Origin: a virus
DNA length: 64,000 nt
Direction: 5' to 3' (one strand)
IMG/VR virus record: IMGVR_UViG_3300024264_001700
Location: 1 to 64,000 of that record
The first letter of the stretch is position 1; the number at the start of each line of letters is the position of its first letter. The translations under genes were made by a program, and so were the position numbers. This document shows, piece after piece, positions 27,409 through 37,028 of this stretch. Under the pieces are notes generated by a model. That model saw only the letters and a list, made by a program, of their open reading frames with translations, was not told the origin of the DNA and ran no database searches.

Positions 27409-28299
27409 TTATTTCTCCAGTAAAGGCGGATTAAGAGTATATCTGCTAAAAGACGTAGAATATCCTTCCATAGTATTATTATAAGTTTCATCCTTTTTCA
27501 TCAAATGAAATGTTATTGCTATTTTCCAATCGCATCCTTTTTTTCTAAAATCTGTCGGTGCGTGTAATACACTTGTATCTTGTACAATACCACTACACAA
27601 TTTCCAGGGCAACACTTCTTCTATACTTAATCCTTCGTATATGCTCATAGGTATGTGTTCAGGCATTTCACGTTCCATCCATGCCCAGTCTAGTTTATCG
27701 TATTCTATACCTTCGACTCCGTACTGCTCATATGGTAATAATCTAAAGGTATTACTGTAGCCGCTAAAATTAGAAATATGTCTATTTTTCATAAAATGTG
27801 TAGCTCTTCCGCGATAACGTTGATTAAAAGTTACATAATCTATTGATACATTATTATGTATTTCTAATGGTAAAATAATGTCTTTGTAAGGACGATAGCC
27901 AGGAATATGTGTAACACTGTCTGTATGTAACCCATAAGGTCTAATACTTTTAAACATCTGATCACCGACACTCATAGGATCATTTGAAACTTCGCTGTAA
28001 AATACAGTGTCTTCTCCAAAGTGTTCATATACTTTAGACCGTAAAATATCATTTATTACGCTGTAGCGTATAGGGTGCGGAATGTTTACAATATGTCCAT
28101 TTATTTCCCAGCCAACATTGTTGTACTCTTTATACCAAAAGTCAAGCAACTGTATACGTTCTTGTTCTGTAATAAAGTTATCTATGCTGTAACTAGGCTC
28201 GTATTGATCTTTAAAGAACTTAGTGTTAGGATCATGTATAATGTCCATGTTCTTTAGTGTTTCGTCATCAAATGGTTTATTTGCTTTCATATTTTTCAT
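27409..28299 (-). CDS. Fe(II)/2OG oxygenase-like protein
   Basis: GLHTDS (HxD) ... DTSVLHAP; paralog of 34527-35225. Confidence 0.6.
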   Translation of the reverse strand: MKNMKANKPFDDETLKNMDIIHDPNTKFFKDQYEPSYSIDNFITEQERIQLLDFWYKEYNNVGWEINGHIVNIPHPIRYSVINDILRSKVYEHFGEDTVFYSEVSNDPMSVGDQMFKSIRPYGLHTDSVTHIPGYRPYKDIILPLEIHNNVSIDYVTFNQRYRGRATHFMKNRHISNFSGYSNTFRLLPYEQYGVEGIEYDKLDWAWMEREMPEHIPMSIYEGLSIEEVLPWKLCSGIVQDTSVLHAPTDFRKKGCDWKIAITFHLMKKDETYNNTMEGYSTSFSRYTLNPPLLEK

Positions 28300-28759
28300 T
28301 TATAAACCTCCATTGTGTGTCTCCAAATTCATAAAAACTAATACTTATTGCAACTCGTGTATCTGTTATATTATGTACTGCATGATTCTTAAATGTATTT
28401 AACAAGTACCACTCGTTCTCCTGTTGCGTATAGTTACTCTCAAGTACTTTATCACTGCTGTAAACGCTTGTATGAGCGTCTAAACCACCTTTATTAAGTA
28501 TGTAGTTAATAGCAAACTCACGCCTATCCATATGTATAAGTCCGTTTAATTGCGGATCAATAAACTGTGCAATTATATGAGTTTTTTTAGGAAAAAAGTC
28601 TTTTGGAAATATACTCCTTATTTGCTTATCAACTTCATTGGTTACATAATAAGCAATATATCCTCCGACCTTTGCTTTCAGTTGTACATCATTTGTATGC
28701 CAGTTTTCTGGTAAGTCTAATTTAGGTAAATTTAATTTCTTATACGTAACTGTGTTCAT
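28277..28759 (-). CDS. small Fe(II)/2OG oxygenase-like protein
   Basis: IHMDR ... WYLLNTFKNHAVHN...RVAISI. Confidence 0.65.
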   Translation of the reverse strand: MNTVTYKKLNLPKLDLPENWHTNDVQLKAKVGGYIAYYVTNEVDKQIRSIFPKDFFPKKTHIIAQFIDPQLNGLIHMDRREFAINYILNKGGLDAHTSVYSSDKVLESNYTQQENEWYLLNTFKNHAVHNITDTRVAISISFYEFGDTQWRFINEKYESK

Positions 28760-29546
28760 AATCAAATGCGATCCTATGTAATACCCTTGTCTTCATATCT
28801 GCAAATGTCCATCGTTTGTGTATGCTTAACCATTGTTCGCTAATAACAAGATCGCCATCTTCCCAATCGTGATGCATTATATATTTCTCTTGCAAAATAT
28901 GATTTTTAATATAGTTGTATAGTTCAGGCCATTCCTCATTAGTAGCGCCTTCAACTATATCGAATATTTGTAAAAAAGGAAAGTATAGTCCTGTAAGATT
29001 TTCAATATTTGTTCTGACAATTTTTTGTGGATTATTATAAACCACATTATTTTGGAATATTTCACTTGGACTAAAATTACCTACCTTATGTCCGCAAGCG
29101 ACAGTTATACCATTTACTGTTTGTTTTACATCTTCTGGTAGGTCATTATAGGCAAGAACTTGGTTAATCCAGCTAGTTCTACTACCTTTAGATCCTCTTT
29201 CGCTATATAACCAAACAAACGGCCATCTATTTTCTTCTGTAGGATGATGCGTATGCCAATCTAACTCTATTTCGTGCCCAAATAATCCTGGCTCTCCTCT
29301 ATCATTTAATTCTCCAGTTACTCTTAGCACACCTGGTACGAGACTTAGATTATCTTTTGCTGTAGTGCTTTCGCCTTTATTTGCTTTTACATTACCCATT
29401 ACACTAGCAATTCTAAGTTCATCTTCTGGTGTAAGGTTTTGGTTTCTAAATATAACCACTAAATGTTTGTTAATATCTCTTGCAACTTGCTTTAGTTCTT
29501 CGTCAGACATTGTTTTAATATCTACATCATATTCTTTATGCCACAT
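28740..29546 (-). CDS. TauD/TfdA-family dioxygenase
   Basis: VVIFRNQNLT, DWHTHH, TSWIN..LAYNDLP, HDWEDGDLVI...HKR...RVLHR. Confidence 0.85.
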   Translation of the reverse strand: MWHKEYDVDIKTMSDEELKQVARDINKHLVVIFRNQNLTPEDELRIASVMGNVKANKGESTTAKDNLSLVPGVLRVTGELNDRGEPGLFGHEIELDWHTHHPTEENRWPFVWLYSERGSKGSRTSWINQVLAYNDLPEDVKQTVNGITVACGHKVGNFSPSEIFQNNVVYNNPQKIVRTNIENLTGLYFPFLQIFDIVEGATNEEWPELYNYIKNHILQEKYIMHHDWEDGDLVISEQWLSIHKRWTFADMKTRVLHRIAFDYEHSYV

Positions 29547-30066
29547 TTATACATCCCACTAAATTTACTCTATGTTCTTTACTAGCATTTGCTGCACTGT
29601 GCATTTTTGTTGTTTCAGTAACATAACCATAGCCGTCATCTGGAATATTATATAAAACACTTTCTTCTATGTAGTAACAATATTCATTTGTAATAATTCC
29701 TAATTGACATCTATCTGTCCAGTCTTTATGAGTATTATACACAAATAGAGGTGCTATTCGTAATATTCTTGTTCTTGTTAAATTATTTTCAATTATAAAT
29801 TTTGACATTTCCCATTCTGGCGGAATTAATAACTGCTTAAAAGATTCATTTTGTTTAGTCCATTCCTCTACATCGTTATCGTCCCAGTGTCGAATATAGA
29901 ATTTGTCAATATCATAATGTAAATGGTAATCTTCAGTGCCGTCAGTCTGCAAAGTAATTGCATCAAAATGATCTGGTAAGCCTGGCGTCCAGCCTACTTT
30001 TTCTACAAGTTCGGCATATTCAGATTTAATTTTTTTTATATCGTATTGTTTATCTAACCTATACAT
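29536..30066 (-). CDS. small Fe(II)/2OG oxygenase-like protein
   Basis: YNTHKD ... TTKMHSAANASKEHRVNLV. Confidence 0.7.
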   Translation of the reverse strand: MYRLDKQYDIKKIKSEYAELVEKVGWTPGLPDHFDAITLQTDGTEDYHLHYDIDKFYIRHWDDNDVEEWTKQNESFKQLLIPPEWEMSKFIIENNLTRTRILRIAPLFVYNTHKDWTDRCQLGIITNEYCYYIEESVLYNIPDDGYGYVTETTKMHSAANASKEHRVNLVGCINVA

Positions 30067-30568
30067 TTAATTCTCCGAATTTTATATCATGTATTCCCAT
30101 ATGAAATACTATACGTTCTTGTGAAGGTGCTTCTACTCCGTGTGGTAATTTTGTGTTAAGTACTGTAAGTGTATCATATACAATACTTTCTTTTGTGCCT
30201 TCCTCTACATATAATGCACCTGTATTTTTTGTTACAGGAATAAGAAAACTACATTCACTTTTAACATCCACATGTATAGGAAGATTGCCTCCTTCTAAAA
30301 CTCTAAAGAAGTTACATCTAAAATCTCGAGGTCGAATACCAAACTCGTTCCAAAGGCTTTTGATTAATTTTAGTAAAGGTCTATCAAAATTATGTATTTC
30401 TTGTACAAAGAACTTATTCATTTCTTTACCACCTGTTGCATCACTTACATATTCTGAATATAGTTTATTACTATCAGTCCATTCACTTGTCATATAGGTC
30501 TGCCAAAAAGTTGGATTAACTGTAAAATCAGTAGTAATAAAACTATTTTTTACTTTGTTCTTAAACAT
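30059..30568 (-). CDS. small Fe(II)/2OG oxygenase-like protein
   Basis: LPIHVD ... LNTKLPHGVE...RIVF. Confidence 0.7.
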   Translation of the reverse strand: MFKNKVKNSFITTDFTVNPTFWQTYMTSEWTDSNKLYSEYVSDATGGKEMNKFFVQEIHNFDRPLLKLIKSLWNEFGIRPRDFRCNFFRVLEGGNLPIHVDVKSECSFLIPVTKNTGALYVEEGTKESIVYDTLTVLNTKLPHGVEAPSQERIVFHMGIHDIKFGELNV

Positions 30569-31250
30569 ATAAATCTTCTTGTGTAAGGCAGCTAATAATC
30601 AAATGCCAACGTTCAGTGTTGCCATTGTTCCAGGCACTGTGTTTAAACCCTTGATTTAGAAACCAACATTCGCCAATATCCATAAAACACTCTTCACTAT
30701 TACCTTGCTTGTCTGTATTTTTAAATCCGCAATCGCTGTTAGTTTTTAGTGGAATATGATATCTCACAGCATAATCTGTATTGTAGTCTATGTGAGGCTT
30801 GATCGAGCCGCCGGGATGCATAATAGCAATTCTGCATCTAGATTTTTCAGCTATAAAAGTGTTAAGCACTGACTCAAGATATGTTCCGCTAAGTTGTGGC
30901 TTGAGTTTGTTATAGTGTCTTTCATCTGGCCTACTTCCGATTTTCTTAGTGTAATCTATATCAACAGAATCTTTATTAAATTCAGTAACTCCGACTTGTT
31001 TATAGTGGCCTTTTGTCATACCAGATATGTACTCTGTATATTGTCCGATACTAAATGCACGTTCGAGTGTAGGTGCTTTACTACCTACTACGTCACCGTA
31101 TCCTCCTTTAATTGTCAAATCGTCAAAAAATACAGATTTACCATCTACAGTTGTATCTTCTAATAATTCAAAGTCTTGAAGTATTTTTTTTGTGTCAAAA
31201 GTATAGGTCAGTTTTTTAAATAGTGGAAGTTCTTCTCTACGCTGTCTCAT
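30561..31250 (-). CDS. Asp/Asn beta-hydroxylase-like Fe(II)/2OG oxygenase
   Basis: RIAIMHPGGSIKPHID, RYHIPLKTN, FLNQGFKHSAWNNGNTERWHLI; start refined. Confidence 0.82.
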   Translation of the reverse strand: MRQRREELPLFKKLTYTFDTKKILQDFELLEDTTVDGKSVFFDDLTIKGGYGDVVGSKAPTLERAFSIGQYTEYISGMTKGHYKQVGVTEFNKDSVDIDYTKKIGSRPDERHYNKLKPQLSGTYLESVLNTFIAEKSRCRIAIMHPGGSIKPHIDYNTDYAVRYHIPLKTNSDCGFKNTDKQGNSEECFMDIGECWFLNQGFKHSAWNNGNTERWHLIISCLTQEDLYV

Positions 31251-31780
31251 AATTTGGTACTCGCTTTGTATTGCCAACAACTCGGCGCTTCTGGTATGCA
31301 CACACATTGTTTATCATCATGTAAATGCCATTGTGTGTTTGTTTTTTCTTGTATACTAGTAATTAGCTTGCGAAAGTATCTTGGACTCCTTTCTCGGCTT
31401 ATAAATGCACTAGCAAATCCTTGTGCTTTACACATAGCCATTTGATGTTCAATCATTAATATAGTATGCTTTAATCCTAAGTGTTTCCGAGAATCTGCAT
31501 GCCTATATTTAGGATTTTTATAATACTTAGACATTATGCGTATTTCACCAGGTTCATAATATTTAGATCTGTGCCATGCTACACTAAATTCTGCTATATC
31601 TTCTTTTACTTTGAAGATACTTATAACTTGAAAATCATTCCAATCTAAATTTTGATAATTTTTACTTAACGGATCAGTTGAACTGAAATTAATTTTAGAA
31701 AGATCGTTAATAAGATCTAACCTTTCGTTAGGAGAAAATGATATTAATGATGAATCTGGATATGGAGCAGATACTATCAT
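31247..31780 (-). CDS. hypothetical protein, possible GNAT fold
   Basis: RIMSKYYKNPKYR and AQGFASAFISRE resemble GNAT motifs A/B; weak. Confidence 0.45.
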   Translation of the reverse strand: MIVSAPYPDSSLISFSPNERLDLINDLSKINFSSTDPLSKNYQNLDWNDFQVISIFKVKEDIAEFSVAWHRSKYYEPGEIRIMSKYYKNPKYRHADSRKHLGLKHTILMIEHQMAMCKAQGFASAFISRERSPRYFRKLITSIQEKTNTQWHLHDDKQCVCIPEAPSCWQYKASTKL

Positions 31781-32464
31781 TTAGAATTGATACCCGTATT
31801 TTTCTAAGTCGTCTTTGAACATATTTTGTATAATATTTCTTGTGTTAGTATTATAATATTTTTTATATGTATCCCTAGTTGAGCTATTAGAATGCGACAT
31901 GCTTATTGATGTGTTAAATAGTTCTTCTAATAATTTAATTTTATTTTTAAGTTCTTCTATTTTTATTACAATATCAATACTATCTTCAATCCAATAATTT
32001 GTTGTCCTGGGTGTGCTATACCAGTTGTTAAATATTTCTGGGTTACGTACATTAGTGTAAGAATTATAAGGACTACTCGATTCGTTACTATAATCAATTA
32101 GCCAATTTTCAAATCCTAAGTCATAGTAATTAGCCATTGCTATATCATCATTATAGATAGAATTTTGTGTTCCGTCGGGGTTAGTTGGAGTATGTCCTCT
32201 TTTCCATATGCTTACTCTGTTTTTTGCATTTTGTCCCATATAATGAAATAAACTTACCATTCTATCATATGGATTTCTTACAAATGTAAAAGTTGTGCCT
32301 AAGGTTTTCCAAAGTTGTGTTGCTTCACTAAATGTACAATGCTTATATTTCTTAGGTGCATCAAAGACCAAACCAGTTGATTCTGCCCAGTACAGTAAGC
32401 TTGTGCCGCCTGTTCTAGGAATATGGATAAAAGTTACTTTAGGATCAAGAAAGTGTATTGACAT
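31781..32464 (-). CDS. sulfotransferase (carbohydrate sulfotransferase family 2-like)
   Basis: FIHIPRTGGTS (5'-PSB), FVRNPYDRMVS (3'-PB), DDLEKYGY. Confidence 0.88.
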   Translation of the reverse strand: MSIHFLDPKVTFIHIPRTGGTSLLYWAESTGLVFDAPKKYKHCTFSEATQLWKTLGTTFTFVRNPYDRMVSLFHYMGQNAKNRVSIWKRGHTPTNPDGTQNSIYNDDIAMANYYDLGFENWLIDYSNESSSPYNSYTNVRNPEIFNNWYSTPRTTNYWIEDSIDIVIKIEELKNKIKLLEELFNTSISMSHSNSSTRDTYKKYYNTNTRNIIQNMFKDDLEKYGYQF

Positions 32465-33020
32465 CGTTCCAAAACTCTTTAGTTTTTTTACCGTGTATCA
32501 GTAAATGCAAGCGTTCCTGATCACTATTGTTTTTAACATCATGTTCATAGTGTATGTTTAAAACCAATGGAACACCAGGAGCATACGGTAGTTTCTTTCC
32601 ATTATGTGTAAATTCACTACCTTCTGGCCACGTGATACAAATATTAATCGGCTCAAGCCAATTGCGCTGTGGTACGTCAATGTGTGGAGCAATATATCCT
32701 CTCGGCTTGATTACTAAAAATCTTACATCATCAATACGTGCTAACGGCAAACTTTTAATCCACTGCATAGTTTTAGGACATTGTTTGCCTACTTCTGTTA
32801 GATCTTTTTTGGCTCTTAGACCATATTCCCAGTGACTATTTGTGCTGTTTGCATCAACTCCGTATAGTGTTACTGCATACCAATCTTTGTGACCGTCTTC
32901 TGGGCGATGTATAATTAGTTTATCTTTTACATTTAAATATTCTTGTTCAACAACATCAACTGGAACTTTCCAGTTCATATGTACATATTCTACATCACTA
33001 TCTCTACTGTATTCCGTCAT
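32445..33020 (-). CDS. Asp/Asn beta-hydroxylase-like Fe(II)/2OG oxygenase
   Basis: RFLVIKPRGYIAPHID ... LNIHYEHDVKNNSDQERLHLL. Confidence 0.82.
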   Translation of the reverse strand: MTEYSRDSDVEYVHMNWKVPVDVVEQEYLNVKDKLIIHRPEDGHKDWYAVTLYGVDANSTNSHWEYGLRAKKDLTEVGKQCPKTMQWIKSLPLARIDDVRFLVIKPRGYIAPHIDVPQRNWLEPINICITWPEGSEFTHNGKKLPYAPGVPLVLNIHYEHDVKNNSDQERLHLLIHGKKTKEFWNDVNTLS

Positions 33021-33981
33021 AATAAAATGCTCCTCGCCACAATAGTCTATCTTGCTGTTCGCCGTCTACTTCAGGAAAAGGCTGACGCTTGTGTAGTGCT
33101 TGTGTTTGATCAAACAACATCAAGTCTCCTGTTTTCCAATCGTGACTGTATTCATACTTTAGGTAATGTTTGACTAGATAGTCGTATAATTCTTTTTGTT
33201 CATCTTTAGGAATGTCATGTAGTCCTGCTACATTTAAGAAAGGAAAATATAATCCTTTTTGTCCTGTTACTGTATGTTCATGTACTAGTTTTTTGTAGGT
33301 ATACTTCCATCGACCTTCTACACTAAACTCTTGTTTCCTACGCATCATTTCTTGGTATATAGGACCATTACTACGTTTGCGTCCTTGTATGTTGTGCAAG
33401 TCTTTTGCTTCATCAGCAGTAACTTGATCTTCGCTTATAGTATATGCCCTATTGTCATTAAGTATTCGAGGCTGTTCTGTACGTGTGATCAAATGCTCAA
33501 AGTCGCTTCTATGAAAACTTCTTACATCACTTGTAATCATTAGCATAGTATTTTCAATTGTTTTCTTTACATGATTAGGCAAGTCGTTGTATGCTTCGAC
33601 ACCATTTAAGAATATAGTATCGCATCTATCTTTTGTAGGAACAACACAATACAATGTTACACAGTCCTCAGGATCAAGTGCAAGTGTGCCGTTACAATGC
33701 CATTCAAGTTCACCTTGTGGAAATATACCACGCTTGCCTCCTAGTTCAGGCATTGCACGATTTGTTACATATTGTATTTGGTGATAATCAGGATCTTCGT
33801 ACCAAGCATGATGCTGAGTCTTGTCTCCCCATAGAGCAAGTATTCTAGCATACTCATCTTTTGTAAGTTCTTGGTTGCGTAGTAATACATTTGAATGATA
33901 AGCGGTTAGTTTTGCTACATTCTTAATTTGTTCGTCTGTACATTTTTTTAAATCTATATCAAGTTCTTTGTGAATATTCAT
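33004..33981 (-). CDS. TauD/TfdA-family dioxygenase
   Basis: LLRNQELT, EWHCNG, TIFLN..EAYNDLP, HDWKTGDLMLFDQTQALHKR, RLLWR. Confidence 0.85.
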   Translation of the reverse strand: MNIHKELDIDLKKCTDEQIKNVAKLTAYHSNVLLRNQELTKDEYARILALWGDKTQHHAWYEDPDYHQIQYVTNRAMPELGGKRGIFPQGELEWHCNGTLALDPEDCVTLYCVVPTKDRCDTIFLNGVEAYNDLPNHVKKTIENTMLMITSDVRSFHRSDFEHLITRTEQPRILNDNRAYTISEDQVTADEAKDLHNIQGRKRSNGPIYQEMMRRKQEFSVEGRWKYTYKKLVHEHTVTGQKGLYFPFLNVAGLHDIPKDEQKELYDYLVKHYLKYEYSHDWKTGDLMLFDQTQALHKRQPFPEVDGEQQDRLLWRGAFYYDGIQ

Positions 33982-34525
33982 GATGATCTTTATGATTACC
34001 TTCTAACGGCGCTATTAGGTTAATCCAAAAATTGTTTATAGGGCCTTTTAAATCATGTCCAAACAAATTTAATATACCAAATCCAAGATAAGATAACACT
34101 ACTAGCATTGTATTAATTATAACAGCATCTAAGCCAAAAGTCAAGAAAGAAATAATCCAATGTGCAATAAAAATATATGTTCCGTATTTGTGAAAAAACA
34201 TAACTCTAGGATTACGTATCAAGTCTATAAGAAATTTACGTGGTATACTATCTACACTCCACAGACTGAATAATATTACATACCAAGGGTGATTCTTTAC
34301 ACTATGCGGATCCTTAGGTGTGTCGGCATATGCATGGTGCATACGATGCACACCGGACCATGTAAGTGCGCTACGTCCGCCGCATAGTAAACCTATATAT
34401 AGTAACCAAATTTCAACCATCGGACTTGCATTATAAGACTTATGAGAAAAATATCTATGATAGCCAAACGTAATGCCAAAAAGTGCAAGAATCCAGTATG
34501 TAATATATCCATATAATAATATCAT
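33959..34525 (-). CDS. membrane fatty-acid desaturase (Delta9-like, short)
   Basis: His boxes HRYFSH, HRMHH (followed by DTPKDPH), HKDHH; TM segments. Confidence 0.85.
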   Translation of the reverse strand: MILLYGYITYWILALFGITFGYHRYFSHKSYNASPMVEIWLLYIGLLCGGRSALTWSGVHRMHHAYADTPKDPHSVKNHPWYVILFSLWSVDSIPRKFLIDLIRNPRVMFFHKYGTYIFIAHWIISFLTFGLDAVIINTMLVVLSYLGFGILNLFGHDLKGPINNFWINLIAPLEGNHKDHHEYSQRT

Positions 34526-34526
34526 A

Positions 34527-35225
34527 TTATTCTCCAATTTTCGTAAATATACTTAAACCAATTTTTCTTGTAATGCCAACATCGTTAAAATTACTAGCAC
34601 TATGAAGATCTAAACTGTCAAAAGAAATAATACTACCAATCTTCCAAGGAAAATAAGCATTTACACTTAATCCTTTAAGCCAGTGACTCTTTAAGTGCGA
34701 AAGATACTTCAAATGTATTTCATCTATACCTGCATTGTTTTTATTTTCTACTTCGTTGTAATTAGTTAAGAACTTATTATAATGTACAGAATATCCTGAT
34801 ACATCTTCTTCATTTACAAATTTTGCAGGACCTCCATAATAACTTTGATCAAACACAAAAAATTTTGCTTTATCACAGATGTTGCCTTCAACGTACAATG
34901 GAATTACAAATGCTTTATAACATTGTGGATAATCAAAACTATCATCATTATGTATAATATGTGGCTTTTCTACATCAAAAAAATGTGCATCACGTAAATT
35001 AAATTCTCCATATAATTGCCTTAACTTATATAGAATATTATTAATAATTCCTTCGTCTTCATCAACCTTCAATACTTTCGGACCAGTAACTTTTTCTACA
35101 ACATCGTCGCTTGTATTATAAAATTTTAACAAACTATCAATATCATCAGAAGTAACTATATCCCAATGCTGAACAGGGTTACTTTTAGTTCTTTTAATTG
35201 CTTCAATTTGTTCTAATGTACGCAT
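34527..35225 (-). CDS. Fe(II)/2OG oxygenase-like protein
   Basis: IIHNDD ... FDSLDLHSAS; shares FxQxYxG and GLS...PWK blocks with 27409-28299. Confidence 0.6.
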   Translation of the reverse strand: MRTLEQIEAIKRTKSNPVQHWDIVTSDDIDSLLKFYNTSDDVVEKVTGPKVLKVDEDEGIINNILYKLRQLYGEFNLRDAHFFDVEKPHIIHNDDSFDYPQCYKAFVIPLYVEGNICDKAKFFVFDQSYYGGPAKFVNEEDVSGYSVHYNKFLTNYNEVENKNNAGIDEIHLKYLSHLKSHWLKGLSVNAYFPWKIGSIISFDSLDLHSASNFNDVGITRKIGLSIFTKIGE

Positions 35226-36337
35226 TAATATTTACTTTTTGGTATCTTTGAATCAGCACTTGACACACAACTTTTAGTAATACACGTTTGTGGCTCTTTA
35301 AACAAGGTAAAGCCTGTCTCTATGTTGCCTAGTGGTGTATCGTGACAACTATAACTCCTTTTGACACTACCGTCAGGCTCCCGTATTATTATTCCGCTGT
35401 AGCCAGCATTACAACGCCATCCTTCGAAATTGTTAAAATTAAAGGCATTAAAGCGTTCTGCCTGGTCCATATAGTATTTATTGCCTTCAGAATCTTTTAA
35501 TTCAACTTGCATATGCCAAGGTATACTTGTATCCAGTTTACCGTCTACTCCTTGGGGTACCTGGAACGATGGCTTTGGACGTTTGGCCCATTTGCGTTTA
35601 CTTTCTGTATAGGCTCTTTGCGGCATTCCGTTCCAGAGTTTTTTAAGGTGTTCCTCACTATACCCATCCACAACACGGGAGGCCGTTGGATCGGACTGAG
35701 GTTTAAGAGTAACATTAATTCCTTGTTCGTGGAAGAACAAGGCGTTTTCCCAGTCCCTCTCAAACCAGTCCGGAACCATAACCATATTGATCGTAACTTG
35801 AACATCATGCTCCTGGCAGAAGATTAACTTGTCTGCAAAGTCCTGCATCTTCTCTACTGTATTTAAGTGTTCTGTGTGTAAACTTGCTGTAATACTAGCA
35901 CGATGAAAAGGTTTTACACGTTCTACATAGTCTTCAAACCATCGCATATTGCGACTACAGTTTGATGTCATATGCACAGAGGTATAATTAGTGTTAGTAA
36001 CATCATCAGCCAAATGCTGCAAAATATCCAAGTATCCTGGATGAAAAGTAGGCTCGCCGCCAGACAAAGAAAAATGGAAACTATTAAAACTGTTATCACG
36101 TGCTTGCCTCTTAATTTCATCTATAGTCGCTAGACACAACTCTGTTGGTCTATGATCTTTTCTATCACTTCTTGCGTAGGGCCAACAGTAGGAGCATTTG
36201 TAGTTACAGAATCTTCCGAGCAACCAGCTGACAGTAAACAAGTCTCTATATAAGAGTGTCCGTTGTCCGACGCTAACAATGTCGTCAAACGGGATCTTTG
36301 TAAAGTCATAATTACTCCATTTCAAATCTTCATTCAT
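35225..36337 (-). CDS. radical SAM enzyme (type C)
   Basis: WLLGRFCNYKCSYC, SGGEPT; C-terminal FEGWRC...SC...C..SC. Confidence 0.93.
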   Translation of the reverse strand: MNEDLKWSNYDFTKIPFDDIVSVGQRTLLYRDLFTVSWLLGRFCNYKCSYCWPYARSDRKDHRPTELCLATIDEIKRQARDNSFNSFHFSLSGGEPTFHPGYLDILQHLADDVTNTNYTSVHMTSNCSRNMRWFEDYVERVKPFHRASITASLHTEHLNTVEKMQDFADKLIFCQEHDVQVTINMVMVPDWFERDWENALFFHEQGINVTLKPQSDPTASRVVDGYSEEHLKKLWNGMPQRAYTESKRKWAKRPKPSFQVPQGVDGKLDTSIPWHMQVELKDSEGNKYYMDQAERFNAFNFNNFEGWRCNAGYSGIIIREPDGSVKRSYSCHDTPLGNIETGFTLFKEPQTCITKSCVSSADSKIPKSKY

Positions 36338-36343
36338 ATCTTT

Positions 36344-36382
36344 ATATTAGCACCATTTTAGCATTCTGTCAAGATATTTATA
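36344..36382 (-). promoter_or_regulatory. overlapping sigma70-type and late-type promoters for the oxygenase block
   Basis: minus strand TTGACA(36372-36367)-17 bp-TAATAT with TG; perfect TATAAATA at 36382-36375. Confidence 0.6.
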
Positions 36383-36385
36383 AAA

Positions 36386-36393
36386 GATAAATA
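36386..36393 (+). promoter_or_regulatory. late-type promoter motif
   Basis: GATAAATA upstream of the GGAGG RBS of the nitroreductase. Confidence 0.45.
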
Positions 36394-36413
36394 CATTATA
36401 GGGGAGGACTGAG

Positions 36414-37028
36414 ATGTTTGAATCACACAAAGAACTTAAAAAAGCTGTTATTAGAAGCCAACACGTACAGCGCAACTGGGACTTAACAAAAGATATTCCA
36501 GAGGACGATCTAGAGCTTTTAATTCATGCTGCTACAAATTGTCCAAGCAAACAAAATTTTGCTTTTTATAAACTTCATTTTATTACCAATAGAGAAAAAA
36601 TAGAATCTATTCATGCTCTAACAGAGGGTCTTAGAAACATGAAAGGTGAAATGAGTACTAACAGTCAAACTCTTGCAAATTTATTAGTTGTATTTGAAGA
36701 TATAGATCCTAGTCCTGAACTTATAGAAAAGTGGAAACTACGTGATCATTCAAATATGGAAACACTAAAAAGAGATCAGCAAACGGCTATCGGTGTAGCT
36801 GCTGGTTATTTGAATGTTATTGCAAGTATGCTCGGTTACGGCACAGGCTGCTGTGCTTGCTACGATTACAACGAAGTAAAAGAAAAAATAGGATTTGAAA
36901 AAGATCCATTACTTATGATGGGTATAGGATTCAAGGACGAAACACGCAATCGTAGAGAACATCATTTAACAGGCGAAATGATGGGACGTAGAGTAAAAGA
37001 GACTATTGAAGTTGTAGTAAGTAGATAA
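36414..37028 (+). CDS. nitroreductase-family flavoprotein
   Basis: RSQHVQRNW, IPEDDL..LIHAATNCPSKQN, AIGVAAGYL..IASMLGYGTG, LMMGIG. Confidence 0.85.
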   Translation: MFESHKELKKAVIRSQHVQRNWDLTKDIPEDDLELLIHAATNCPSKQNFAFYKLHFITNREKIESIHALTEGLRNMKGEMSTNSQTLANLLVVFEDIDPSPELIEKWKLRDHSNMETLKRDQQTAIGVAAGYLNVIASMLGYGTGCCACYDYNEVKEKIGFEKDPLLMMGIGFKDETRNRREHHLTGEMMGRRVKETIEVVVSR

